64,000 nucleotides of DNA from an uncultured Lachnospiraceae bacterium (GCA_947630485.1 CANRHU010000006.1:528-64527); one strand, 5' to 3'; positions 9,039 to 18,685 are shown, numbered from the stretch's first letter. Numbers and translations: made by a program. The notes: generated by a model from the sequence alone, not told the origin.

Positions 9039-10049
9039 TTAATTCGCAATCTTTGCAATTAACTTTGTCATGTTATCGTAAAGACTGCCCCGGTCCGATG
9101 ATTTGAGAATCACGGAAATATACTCATCCTCGCTGTCATTCGGGCGCGTCGCCATAATCAGGCAGCTTCCGGCCGCCTGGGTCGTTCCGGTTTTGCTGGA
9201 AAATACGGTCAGGCCCGCGGGGGTATCGCGCCTTCCGAGCATATAGAGGTTCGTGCAGCCCCAGGTTTTCTGCACGGCGGCGCCGGACGCGTCCACATAG
9301 GAAGCGTCGTAGGATACGGTGCCGGTGATTTCGCGGAACTTGGGAAGCTTAAGCGCCTCCGAATAAATCAGATAAAGATCGTATGCCGTCGTATAATGGT
9401 TCTCATCCGTAAGCCCGTGGGGATTGACAAAATGCGTATCGACAGCGCCCAGCCGCGCGGCCTCCTCATTCATCAGGTCGGCGAAGGCCTCGATACTGCC
9501 TGCCATATGTACGGCGATTGCGGCCCCGGCGTCATTACCGGACGGCAGCATCAAACCGTACAGAAGCTGTTCAAGCGTCAGCTGATCTCCCGGCTGGATT
9601 CCGCACAGCGAAGCGCCGGATTCCGTAATCACAGCGTCCTGCGTGACCGTCACCAGATCGGAGAGATTTCCGTATTTGATGGCCAGAAGCGCGGTCATCA
9701 CCTTCGTGATACTGGCCGGATAAAGCCGTTCGAAAGCATTTTTACTGTAAAGCGTTTCTTTGCCGGACAGATCAAAGATCGCGCCTGCCTCCGCGGAAAT
9801 CTCATCCGCGGCAAAGGCCGACTCGTCCATCACCACGCACAGATCGTCGGCAAACAGGGGCGCGTGCTCCATCGCACCGTCCCCGGATTCCGGAAGCATC
9901 TCCTGCAGGAGAAAGCCCCTCGTCTCAAACGAATAGGGATCCGTCAGTTTCTGCTTCCCGCAGCCGGCCGCAGACAACACCACCCCCAGGCACAGCAGAA
10001 TCCCGAACATCCGGACACCGCTGTGAGCGCGGCAGTCAAATTTCATCAT
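9039..10049 (-). CDS. D-alanyl-D-alanine carboxypeptidase (class C low-MW PBP), lipoprotein-type signal
   Basis: ORF 9039..10121, trimmed to MMKFD... (GGAGG upstream). Signal plus lipobox LSAAGC. All three PBP motifs are present: SITK, SGN, KTGTT. Confidence 0.8.
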   Translation of the reverse strand: MMKFDCRAHSGVRMFGILLCLGVVLSAAGCGKQKLTDPYSFETRGFLLQEMLPESGDGAMEHAPLFADDLCVVMDESAFAADEISAEAGAIFDLSGKETLYSKNAFERLYPASITKVMTALLAIKYGNLSDLVTVTQDAVITESGASLCGIQPGDQLTLEQLLYGLMLPSGNDAGAAIAVHMAGSIEAFADLMNEEAARLGAVDTHFVNPHGLTDENHYTTAYDLYLIYSEALKLPKFREITGTVSYDASYVDASGAAVQKTWGCTNLYMLGRRDTPAGLTVFSSKTGTTQAAGSCLIMATRPNDSEDEYISVILKSSDRGSLYDNMTKLIAKIAN

Positions 10050-10117
10050 AATCCTCCCCGCTAAACATGATACAGGATCCATGCGCCGCGGCGCATGGCG
10101 CATAACCCGCGGGCGCG

Positions 10118-10513
10118 TCACTTATACATCTCACGCCACTCCAGATCCCCGCGCTCCAGCGCTTTTACCAAAAGCTCGCCGGTAGCCAGATTCGTAGCGA
10201 CCGGAATATTATGAAGATCGCACATCCGGATGATGCTGCTCCCGTCCGGATCCGTCCGTTTGGGGGAAACCGGCTCCCTGAAAAAGATTACCAGATCCAG
10301 CTGATCCTGTTCAATATCCGTACACATCTGCTCCGCTCCGCCCAGATGGCCGGCCAGATATTTATGCACATTCAGATTGGTGACCTCCTCGATGAGACGC
10401 CCGGTCGTACCGGTCGCAAAAAGGACGTTCTTACTTAAAATGCCTCTGTAGGCGATACAGAAATTCTGCATTAATTTCTTCTTGGAATCATGCGCGATCA
10501 ATCCTACGTTCAT
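10118..10513 (-). CDS. mgsA: methylglyoxal synthase
   Basis: MNVGLIAHDSKKKLM...ATGTTG...DPDGSSIIRMCDLHNIPVATN is the typical MgsA sequence and size. Confidence 0.9.
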   Translation of the reverse strand: MNVGLIAHDSKKKLMQNFCIAYRGILSKNVLFATGTTGRLIEEVTNLNVHKYLAGHLGGAEQMCTDIEQDQLDLVIFFREPVSPKRTDPDGSSIIRMCDLHNIPVATNLATGELLVKALERGDLEWREMYK

Positions 10514-10526
10514 ATACGCTCCTCCT

Positions 10527-11648
10527 TCATTCGTTGTTATACTTTCGCTGCAGACCTACGTTGAGCACGACGCCCATTCCCAAAAACAGGCTTAAAAGGG
10601 AACTTACACCGGAACTGATAAATGGCAGGGGCAGTCCCGTATTGGGAAACAAAGCGGTAGCCACCGCTATATTTGCAAAGCTCTGAAAACCGATCAGAGC
10701 CGCCATTCCGACACAGATCATCCGGCCTGACGGATCCGGGGCACGCATTGCCATGAACAGACACTCATACGTCAGAACCAGATACAAAAGGATAACGACC
10801 ATGGAACCGACGAATCCGAATTCCTCCCCGATGATGGCAAAGATAAAATCATTCTGCTCCTCCACAAGGAAGTTGCCGGCCTTGACCGACAGGATATCCG
10901 TATTGTTCCATCCCTTGCCCCACAGCTGCCCGGAGCCGATGGCCATGATCGAATTCTCCTGCTGATAGTAAGTCTCCGAATACAGCTCCGGATTCTGCCA
11001 GGACAGGATCCGGTTGGCCTGATAGCCCCGCAGGAACGGAATCATGCCGTTCTGGAGCAGATAGAACAAAAGGATGACGGCCGGAATCGCCACTGCCAGC
11101 ACGCCCAAAATCCACTTATAGCTGATCCCCGAGGAGAATACGATAGCGGCCACAACGACCGTCAGCACGATCATTGTGGATAGGTTCGGCTGGTTGTAAA
11201 TGAGAATGGCGGGAACCGCATAGAGAACCGCTGCGGAGCCTACCACGGTGATCCGGTTTATCTTCTCCTGGTATCGCTCAAAATACCAGGAGAAGAAAAG
11301 AATCACACCGATCTTGACAAACTCCGACGGCTGAATCTGGCCGATCACCGGCAGTTCCAGCCAGCGGGTGGAGATACCGCGGCTGCGGCCGAATACCAAC
11401 ACGGCCACAAGAAACGCTATGCAGACCAAATAGATCAGAATACGGAAGGAGAGAATCCAATGGTAATCGATCAAAGAAAGAACAACCATCAGAAAAAGTC
11501 CCAGTCCCAGCCCCATGATCTGCTTATTCAGGGTGCTCTGATTCTGGTTGGTCGCGCTCCAGATCGCCATAAGGCCGATCACGCTTAAGGAGACTGCATA
11601 GAGCATCGCGCGGAAATTGTATCTTTTGAAATGATAATCAAAAAACAT
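10527..11648 (-). CDS. rodA: SEDS-family peptidoglycan polymerase RodA/FtsW
   Basis: About 10 TM segments with conserved SEDS blocks (PSEFVKI, NDFIFAIIGEEFGF, LPLPFISSGVSS). It follows minE, as in other Clostridia. Confidence 0.85.
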   Translation of the reverse strand: MFFDYHFKRYNFRAMLYAVSLSVIGLMAIWSATNQNQSTLNKQIMGLGLGLFLMVVLSLIDYHWILSFRILIYLVCIAFLVAVLVFGRSRGISTRWLELPVIGQIQPSEFVKIGVILFFSWYFERYQEKINRITVVGSAAVLYAVPAILIYNQPNLSTMIVLTVVVAAIVFSSGISYKWILGVLAVAIPAVILLFYLLQNGMIPFLRGYQANRILSWQNPELYSETYYQQENSIMAIGSGQLWGKGWNNTDILSVKAGNFLVEEQNDFIFAIIGEEFGFVGSMVVILLYLVLTYECLFMAMRAPDPSGRMICVGMAALIGFQSFANIAVATALFPNTGLPLPFISSGVSSLLSLFLGMGVVLNVGLQRKYNNE

Positions 11649-11649
11649 C

Positions 11650-11931
11650 TTAAAAAGTTCCCTTCAGCCGAAAGCTTCTGACCGGTATTACCGCGCACAG
11701 CGCCGGACAGATATCAGGGCCGTCCGGCGCGGACTTCGGCCGCCCCAAATGGAGCTCCATCTGTCCGAAATCCACATCCACATAGCGGGAAACAACGCGA
11801 TAAATGTCATTTCGAATCATCGCAAGCGTCTCAGGCGGAAAGCCTGTCTTATCTGCAGTCAAAAGAAACTTAAGCCTTCTGGCGGCGATCTCACCGGAAC
11901 GGCCCTTTCGCAGCGCTGTCCTACGGTCCAT
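11650..11931 (-). CDS. minE: cell division topological specificity factor MinE
   Basis: 93 aa with a MinE-like N-terminus (RSGEIAARRLKFLL) and LAMIRNDIYRVVSRYV. It lies directly after minD. Confidence 0.85.
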   Translation of the reverse strand: MDRRTALRKGRSGEIAARRLKFLLTADKTGFPPETLAMIRNDIYRVVSRYVDVDFGQMELHLGRPKSAPDGPDICPALCAVIPVRSFRLKGTF

Positions 11932-11940
11932 ATCGCCCTC

Positions 11941-12732
11941 CTACGCTCTCTTTAAGAAGCTGGTCAGCCTTCCGAAAAGCCCGAAGGAGACGTTGGGAAG
12001 CGTCAGGGGAATCTCCTCCCCCAGAAGGCGGCGGCAGATGTCCAGATAGGCCTGTCCTGACGGAGTGTCCGTGCCGGCCAGGGGCTCTCCCTGATTCGTG
12101 GAAATCACGATGGCCTCATCGTCCGGAATCGCGCCGATTAACGGCACAGCCAGAATATCCATCACATCGTCCACCGACATCATGTCGCCTCTGCGCACCA
12201 TATCGTACCGCACACGGTTCACAATCAGGTGAATGCTCTTCATCTGACCGTGTTCCAGAAGGCCGATGATACGGTCCGCGTCACGTATGGCGGATACCTC
12301 CGGCGTCGTCACCACCAGGGCCCGGTCCGCGCCCGCCACGGCGTTTCGAAATCCCTGCTCGATCCCGGCCGGACAGTCGAGCAGTATGTAATCAAAATCG
12401 TCCTGTAAATCTTCCGTCAGCTTTCTCATCTGTTCCGGGTTCACCGCTGATTTATCTCTGGTCTGCGCAGACGGGAGTAAATACAGGTTCGGGTATCTCT
12501 TGTCTCTAATCAGGGCCTGCTTCATACGGCAGTTCCCCTCCACCACATCGACCAGATTATAGACAATCCGGTTCTCCAGCCCCATGACGACGTCCAGGTT
12601 CCGCAGCCCGATGTCCGTATCGATCATCACGGTCCGCTTGCCGAGCATCGCCAGGCCTGTCCCAATGTTGGCAGAGGTCGTGGTCTTCCCCACCCCGCCT
12701 TTTCCGGAGGTAACAACGATGACTTCGCTCAT
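11941..12732 (-). CDS. minD: septum site-determining ATPase MinD
   Basis: Deviant Walker A SGKGGVGKTT and full-length MinD-like sequence, with a C-terminal amphipathic helix (GLFGRLTSFLKRA). Confidence 0.95.
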   Translation of the reverse strand: MSEVIVVTSGKGGVGKTTTSANIGTGLAMLGKRTVMIDTDIGLRNLDVVMGLENRIVYNLVDVVEGNCRMKQALIRDKRYPNLYLLPSAQTRDKSAVNPEQMRKLTEDLQDDFDYILLDCPAGIEQGFRNAVAGADRALVVTTPEVSAIRDADRIIGLLEHGQMKSIHLIVNRVRYDMVRRGDMMSVDDVMDILAVPLIGAIPDDEAIVISTNQGEPLAGTDTPSGQAYLDICRRLLGEEIPLTLPNVSFGLFGRLTSFLKRA

Positions 12733-12836
12733 GTCTTATCCCTCCAAAATTGACTGTCACAAATATTCTACCCTATCTTTCTGGAGATTTCCAGTATTAT
12801 TTTATATAATTTTGTAAACAAATTTTGTATAAGACG

Positions 12837-13490
12837 CTACCTTGCAAACAGGCTTTTCCGCATACTCTTCGCCTCGATCCGTCCGTCCGATACGGCCGCA
12901 ATCACAGGCCCTTTCGCCAGCTTTTTCCCCTTTTCCGAGCACTGGGCCTCATAGTCGGCAATTTTGAGTCCGGCCGGAGCCATCTCCATCGCCACGACCA
13001 CCGCCTCCGAATTGCCGGAGATGCCGGCCATGACGGTGCCGTGCAGCTCGCCGATAATGACGACGTTGCCCTTGGATACCACACGGGCGCCCTTCTCCAC
13101 ATCGCCGATGACGACGATGCTGGATTCGGACTCCAGACTCTCCCCCTCCTTCAGCGTGCCGCGGTAGAACTGGCCGGTGGCGGCGGAGAGCTCCATCAGC
13201 TTCTCATTCAGGGCTTTCTCGCATTTCCTGGTTCGCTCCAGATCCTGATCCAGAAGGCAGAGAATCTCAATCTCCGAGTTTTGGGTGATCACGTTTACGA
13301 GGCGGAATTCCTCCTCCGGCGACAGCTCCCTTCCGGCAAGCGTCAGCGCCATCTGCACCGAACCCCAGAATTTGGCGCTTTCCCCAAATTTGGCGGCTAC
13401 CGCTTTTAAAAGCTCCTCAAACGGAAGTTCGGGATCCAGAATCACGGTCATTCCGGCCCGGTTGCTTTTGATCACAACTGCATTCTTCAT
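12837..13490 (-). CDS. minC: septum formation inhibitor MinC
   Basis: 217 aa. The C-terminal beta-helix repeat segment (VVIGDVEKGARVVSKGNVVIIGELHGTVMAG) is typical of MinC. It lies upstream of minD. Confidence 0.85.
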   Translation of the reverse strand: MKNAVVIKSNRAGMTVILDPELPFEELLKAVAAKFGESAKFWGSVQMALTLAGRELSPEEEFRLVNVITQNSEIEILCLLDQDLERTRKCEKALNEKLMELSAATGQFYRGTLKEGESLESESSIVVIGDVEKGARVVSKGNVVIIGELHGTVMAGISGNSEAVVVAMEMAPAGLKIADYEAQCSEKGKKLAKGPVIAAVSDGRIEAKSMRKSLFAR

Positions 13491-13520
13491 GATAATAAAC
13501 CGCCTTTCTCCGATTACTTA

Positions 13521-13602
13521 ATCACCGACCACGATATCATTCGCATAATCACCGACCGCGATATCAGCCACGCCAAGCTGTTTAGTCGCCGACCACGATA
13601 TC
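13521..13602. repeat. three copies of an 18-nt element (ATCACCGACCRCGATATC on the + strand): 13521-13538, 13548-13565, 13585-13602
   Basis: Read directly from the sequence. The third copy encodes the last six residues (DIVVGD) of PBP2. The other two lie in the PBP2-minC spacer. Confidence 0.8.
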
Positions 13603-16491
13603 GGTCGCGTCAAGCGCGCCGGTATTCATGATGTAATCCAAATCCGTATAGCCGTAATAAAGCCGGTATACGTTCTTCGCCACGGCCGCCGCCTCCGCGG
13701 AGCTGTAGCCGTAAGGAATGTTGACCGTCACGCTGATCTCCGGATCCGCATAGGGGCCGTAAGAGATGAAAAACGCGTGGTTGCCGCGGGCATTCTCCTG
13801 GGCCGTACCGGTCTTGCCGGCGATATCGACTTCAAGATCCCGGAAAATGGTGCGCACAGAGCCCAGGGCGATCACGTTGCGCATACCCTCCTGCACGGTA
13901 TTCCATGTGGAATCGGCGACGTCGATATGGTTCGAGATCTCCGGCTCGTATTCCTGCACCATGTCCCCGTCAGGCCCCACGATATGGTCGATCAGGCTCA
14001 GCTCAAAGACGTTTCCGCGGTTCGCCAGGGCGGTCACATAGCGGGACAGCTGGACGTTGGTGTATGCGTGAGTACCCTGTCCCATGGCGGAGCGCTCCGG
14101 ATCCATATCCGAAAGGCTCGGGGAGTTCTCTTCGATCTCAATACCGGAGGTGTGGTCAAGTCCGAACATGGAAGCGTACTTCTGGATGGTCTTCAGGCCC
14201 CGGTCCGTGGAATAGACGCCGTCCTCGTCCGTAGAAAGCCGGTGCGCCAGTTCCGCGAAAAAGTAGTTGCAGGACTCCTGGATCCCCTTGGCTATGGTCA
14301 GCATTCCATGCCGTCCGGGATAGATCCAGCAGCGGATCGGATTCGTGATCTCCGTATACCGGCCGGTACACTCGATCTCCTCGTCGATCGTCACCGCATG
14401 TTCCTCCAATGCGGCGATCGCCGTGATCGGCTTAAAGGTGGAGCCGGGCGCCTTTAAGGCCTGCGTCGCGTTATTGTAAAAGGGTCTGGAAAGATCATTG
14501 TTCAGCTGATTGAAATACGCGGCGTCCACGCTCCCGCTCATGCGGTTGTTGTCATAGCTGGGATATGTAACCACAGCCAGAACCTTCCCTGTCTTTACAT
14601 CCACCACGGTACAGCCGGCCGTGCAGGGATCGAGGGCGAGCTGCGCAGGCGTGATCTGCAGCTTGGTGATCTTATCTACCATGAACTCGAAGGCGTAATC
14701 CGCGCCGTTTGTAGTCAGAAGCCGCACCTCTTCCTCGTCGTAAGGAAGAACCCCCTGGGAATAGAGCGCAAGACACAGCTCCCTGCCGGTAACGATATCC
14801 TGATCCACCAGATAACGGTAGATACGCTTGGTGAAGCTGATATCATCCCGGATGGATGCGATGATGTATGCCTTCAGCGTCTGAAAGCTGCTGTCAGCGC
14901 TGGAATATTTGTGTTCGGTCTCCAGGCGGGTGGTGTCCAGCCAGTCGTTCGAAATCCCCTCATAGAGGTATTCCCGCAGACTGATGCTTCCCTCATTCCA
15001 CGCGGCGGCGGAAGCGCTCTCCGAATCAATCTTATCCCGATTGATGATTCCGACCGTATCGCTGGCCAGGTACGAATAGATATAGTTCATATAAGAACGC
15101 ATATTCTCCGGCAGCCCGGCGAGCGGCACGGCGTTGGGATCGTCTAACTGCGCCTCGATCTGCGAGAGGGTCTCCTCCCTGGCTGAGACGAATTTCTGAT
15201 AAATCTGCCGCTCAACCGCATCCGCGTCCTCTCCCGCCATATGGCTCAGGGAGAGAACGTTATTGTTGATCAGCTGGTAGTAAGCGTCCTTAATCGAAAT
15301 CTTGATCTTACTGGAATCCCGGTTTTCGTCCTCCGTCACGTCACGGTTGACCAGATGGGATACCAGGACGCCGGCGAGCTGCTGCTCCAGAAGATGATAG
15401 ATGCCCTTCTGCAGGTCGCTCCGTATGGTCAGATAAATGTTATCGCCGGCTGTCGGCTCCGTGGAGTCCTCCTGCACCTTGAGGATCTGGCCATAGCTGT
15501 CAACGAACATGTTTGTGACGCCCTTCTTCCCGTGCAGGACGGATTCCATGGACGCCTCCACGCCGGTGCGTCCCACGATATCGTTGGCGTCGTAGCTGGG
15601 ATCCAGCTTCTGCAGCTCCTCCAGCTGTTCCGTCTGCACCTTGCCGGTATAGCCGATAATCGGCGCGAAATAGACGGCGTCATTATAGACGCGCACGGTG
15701 GATTCGGCGATCTCAACGCCGTCCATGTCGGCCATGTGTTCCAGTACGTCGGCCACAGTCTCCTGCGAAACGTCGTTCGACACCGTGATGGTCACATATT
15801 TGCGGTAGGAAATCAGGGAAAGCGCGTAGCGGAGGTGCGCGATCTGCAGCGCCTCCCGGTCCGTCAGGATAATCGCGTTGCCCTTTTTATCCTTAAGACT
15901 GTCCAGGTCATAGCGCTTGCTGGAGCGAAGCTGTGCCAGAAGCTCCTCCGCGGTGATGTTGGAAGGATATTTGCCCTCGGCGTCGTCCAGCTTATCCACC
16001 GAGGTGAGCCCGTAGTAATCGCGCAGGAAGCGCTTCCTGGCCGCCTCCGAGGCGGAGGTATAGATCAGGTTTCCATCGGCGTCATAGCCCAGCTCCAGCT
16101 TGGGGACTACGCTCTCCCCATGATTTTCCAGGATATGGATCAGCTGGTAAAGCATCAGGTTCATGGCCTGATTGCTGCGGTAAGCGCCCGTATCCCGCAG
16201 GGTAACGGAATAAGCCAGTTCATTGTAAGCCAGAAGGTTCCCGTCCGCGTCGTAGATGTTGCCGCGCGTCGCGGGGGTCGTGACCGTCTTGTATGTCGTG
16301 GTGACATAATCCTCCAGATACTTCTCTCCGTCGATGATCTGCAGATGAAAAAGCCGTCCCACCAGCGCCGCGAACATTCCGGTAAAAATAAGGAACAGCA
16401 GAAAAAGCCTGGATGTGACCAGGCGTCTCAGCAGTTCCCAAATAATCTCCAGAAGCTCTTTAAACAAGGGTGGCGTCCCTCCCGCTCTCAT
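13582..16491 (-). CDS. mrdA: penicillin-binding protein 2 (class B transpeptidase), unusually long (969 aa)
   Basis: N-terminal TM segment. Transpeptidase motifs are GSTFKP (SxxK), SCN (SxN) and KTGTA (KTG). It sits between mreD and minC. ATG at 16491 has a GAAGGA RBS. Confidence 0.85.
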   Translation of the reverse strand: MRAGGTPPLFKELLEIIWELLRRLVTSRLFLLFLIFTGMFAALVGRLFHLQIIDGEKYLEDYVTTTYKTVTTPATRGNIYDADGNLLAYNELAYSVTLRDTGAYRSNQAMNLMLYQLIHILENHGESVVPKLELGYDADGNLIYTSASEAARKRFLRDYYGLTSVDKLDDAEGKYPSNITAEELLAQLRSSKRYDLDSLKDKKGNAIILTDREALQIAHLRYALSLISYRKYVTITVSNDVSQETVADVLEHMADMDGVEIAESTVRVYNDAVYFAPIIGYTGKVQTEQLEELQKLDPSYDANDIVGRTGVEASMESVLHGKKGVTNMFVDSYGQILKVQEDSTEPTAGDNIYLTIRSDLQKGIYHLLEQQLAGVLVSHLVNRDVTEDENRDSSKIKISIKDAYYQLINNNVLSLSHMAGEDADAVERQIYQKFVSAREETLSQIEAQLDDPNAVPLAGLPENMRSYMNYIYSYLASDTVGIINRDKIDSESASAAAWNEGSISLREYLYEGISNDWLDTTRLETEHKYSSADSSFQTLKAYIIASIRDDISFTKRIYRYLVDQDIVTGRELCLALYSQGVLPYDEEEVRLLTTNGADYAFEFMVDKITKLQITPAQLALDPCTAGCTVVDVKTGKVLAVVTYPSYDNNRMSGSVDAAYFNQLNNDLSRPFYNNATQALKAPGSTFKPITAIAALEEHAVTIDEEIECTGRYTEITNPIRCWIYPGRHGMLTIAKGIQESCNYFFAELAHRLSTDEDGVYSTDRGLKTIQKYASMFGLDHTSGIEIEENSPSLSDMDPERSAMGQGTHAYTNVQLSRYVTALANRGNVFELSLIDHIVGPDGDMVQEYEPEISNHIDVADSTWNTVQEGMRNVIALGSVRTIFRDLEVDIAGKTGTAQENARGNHAFFISYGPYADPEISVTVNIPYGYSSAEAAAVAKNVYRLYYGYTDLDYIMNTGALDATDIVVGD

Positions 16492-16978
16492 AATCCTTCA
16501 GTCTCCGGTTGATATACAGAAGCAGCCGGTAGAGAAACAATGTGGTGACGACCGTAAAAATCGTCTCCGGAACCATCAGTTCCCGGAAATAATACAGAAA
16601 ATCAAGCCTTCCGCGGATCAGGAACCGGAATACATACACATACAGATTGTACGCCAGCTCGTTGGCAATGCTTAAGATCAGGGGAAGGGTGATATAGTCC
16701 TCATAAAAGTACTTCGTGCAGATCCCGTTGACGTACCCCACATATACATAAAACAGAGTATAGAAGCCGAACGGTCCGCTGTAAAACAGATCAAGCATAA
16801 GCCCGGCCAGCACGCCGTAGATCATTCCCATCCGTCTGCCGTCCATAAAGCCGAAGGAAAACGTCAGGATCAGGAGCAGATTCGGCGTGGAAACCAGGAC
16901 CGGAACAAGCGGGAACACGCAGCTTTGTATCGTAAACGCGACAAGAATCAGAGCCACATTGACCAGCGCGCGCCTCAT
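16460..16978 (-). CDS. mreD: rod shape-determining protein MreD
   Basis: 172 aa with five hydrophobic segments. It overlaps the mreC stop by 4 nt. The call rests on position and size. Confidence 0.75.
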   Translation of the reverse strand: MRRALVNVALILVAFTIQSCVFPLVPVLVSTPNLLLILTFSFGFMDGRRMGMIYGVLAGLMLDLFYSGPFGFYTLFYVYVGYVNGICTKYFYEDYITLPLILSIANELAYNLYVYVFRFLIRGRLDFLYYFRELMVPETIFTVVTTLFLYRLLLYINRRLKDYESGRDATLV

Positions 16979-17823
16979 CCTTCCACCTCCGGATCTTCCG
17001 TTTCCTTTACATCCGTGATGATCAGAACTTCGCGGAGGTTGCGGAACTCGGCTACGGGAATCAGATAGCCCGAGCTGGTCAGCTGGTTGCTGTCCAGGGT
17101 GATATCCTTTGCATAACCGATCAAAATCCCCGGCAGATAGGAGGAGCTGATGTTGGAGGTGACGATCCGGTCGCCGTCCTTCACATCCCCGTCCCGCTGG
17201 ATATTGGAGATCGTGAGACGGCCCTCATTATACAGGGTCAGATCGCCTCCCACGATACATGTGTCGCCGGACTGGAGCGCCATAGCGCTGACCCGGCTGG
17301 AGTCGTCGATGATGGAGCGGACCGTGGCATAATGCGCCCCCACGTCGGTCACAATGCCTACCAGGCCGCCGCCCGCCAGGACATTATTCCCCTCGCGGAT
17401 TCCGTCCGCGGAGCCCTTGTCCACCCGGAAGACCTGGAACCAGTCGCCGGAATCGTTGGCGATCACCCTGGCCGCCGTCTTCTCATACTGCATATATTCC
17501 TGATCCAGCCCGTAGAGCTCACGGAGCCTCGCAAGCTCAAAGGTCTCCGACGTGAGGCGGTTATTCTCCTCTGTCAGCGCGGCAATCTCCTCCCGCAGCG
17601 CCTCATTCTCCCGCAGCGCGTCTTTCAGTTTCGTAAAGTCCGCCACTTCATCATAGATCCTCACGCCCACCCGGTTCACGCCGGTCTGAATGGGAATCAC
17701 AACATATCCTACCGCCGTGCGCAGGGGGGCCAGCCACTGATCCGTAAATGTCGTCACCACGATCAGGGCCAGACAGCATATCGTAAGTCCGATCAAGATA
17801 TAACGGTTATATTTGGATTCCAT
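16975..17823 (-). CDS. mreC: rod shape-determining protein MreC
   Basis: N-terminal TM segment, a coiled coil (LRENEALREEIAALTEENNRL) and beta-rich MreC domains (GLVGIVTDVGAHYATVRSI, LPGILIGY). Confidence 0.85.
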   Translation of the reverse strand: MESKYNRYILIGLTICCLALIVVTTFTDQWLAPLRTAVGYVVIPIQTGVNRVGVRIYDEVADFTKLKDALRENEALREEIAALTEENNRLTSETFELARLRELYGLDQEYMQYEKTAARVIANDSGDWFQVFRVDKGSADGIREGNNVLAGGGLVGIVTDVGAHYATVRSIIDDSSRVSAMALQSGDTCIVGGDLTLYNEGRLTISNIQRDGDVKDGDRIVTSNISSSYLPGILIGYAKDITLDSNQLTSSGYLIPVAEFRNLREVLIITDVKETEDPEVEG

Positions 17824-18518
17824 TACAGTCTTCCTTCTCTTTTAAAGCTGCAGTACGTATTGTCCCCTATGACAATATGATCCAGAAGCTGGATATCCAG
17901 GAGATTCCCCGCGTCCTGCATCCGCTTCGTCAGCAGACAGTCCTGCCGGCTGGGAGTCGGGTCTCCGCTGGGATGGTTGTGTACCAGAATCACGCCGGAC
18001 GCCCGGCAGCGCACCGCCTCGATAAACACATCGCGCGGCGAGATAACCGCCGTGGTCGCCGTCCCCTTGGCAATCAGCATGTCCTTAATCAGGCCGTGCT
18101 TCCGATCCAGATACATGGCGTACACATGCTCCTGTTCCATGTGACGCATATCTTCCATATAGTAATTGACAATCTCTTCCGGCAGATGAAACGACCGGAT
18201 ACGCGAAACGGCAAATCGTTTGCTGATCCGCCGCGACAGCTCGCCGATACAAAGCAGCTGAATCGCCTTGACGGTGCCGATTCCCGCCACGCTCTTAAGC
18301 TGCTGCAGAGACAGATGGCTCAGTCCCAAAATCCCGTCCTGGGGGTAGCTGAGCGCCAAAATCTGCCGTGCCGTCTCCAGACAGTTCCGCCCGCGGCTGC
18401 CGGTCCGGATAATAATGGAAAGCAGCTCTTCGTCATTTAAGGCTGCCGGCCCCAGACGCACACACCTCTCGTAGGGGCGGTCAATGGCCGGGATATCCTT
18501 CATTCTTATGGTATCCAT
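17823..18518 (-). CDS. radC: RadC-family JAB/MPN domain protein
   Basis: ORF 17823..18575, trimmed to MDTIRMKD (AAGGAGG upstream). HhH region, then the JAMM motif HNHPSGDPTPS. Its stop shares one nucleotide with the mreC ATG. Confidence 0.85.
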   Translation of the reverse strand: MDTIRMKDIPAIDRPYERCVRLGPAALNDEELLSIIIRTGSRGRNCLETARQILALSYPQDGILGLSHLSLQQLKSVAGIGTVKAIQLLCIGELSRRISKRFAVSRIRSFHLPEEIVNYYMEDMRHMEQEHVYAMYLDRKHGLIKDMLIAKGTATTAVISPRDVFIEAVRCRASGVILVHNHPSGDPTPSRQDCLLTKRMQDAGNLLDIQLLDHIVIGDNTYCSFKREGRL

Positions 18519-18685
18519 ATACTCCTCCTTCGCGACTCTCCAAGTACGAATCCCAGAGGAGTAAAAGCGGAACAATACCGTTTATAGTTTACCATAAACT
18601 GGCAGGATTGTATACCGATTTATAAAAATGTAATAGAAACGTAAAACTTCACATGACAGGAAAACCGCCACGGAACCGGCTCCGG

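Noticed and set aside
10079-10098. A GC-rich palindromic hairpin (ccatgcgc-cgcg-gcgcatgg) after mgsA that resembles the hairpin at 21771-21792. It was considered as a REP-like dispersed element.
   Set aside because: I found only two loosely similar copies by eye, which is too few to call a repeat family without a genome-wide scan.
15241-16512. A 423-aa plus-strand ORF antisense to PBP2. Similar cases are 30811-32361 (antisense to the ABC-2 permease and ATPase) and 51240-52466 (antisense to the lipoprotein).
   Set aside because: The reasoning is the same as for the mutL shadow ORF. The composition is low-complexity and Arg/Gly/His/Leu-rich. There are no motifs. Each lies fully inside a confidently called gene on the other strand.
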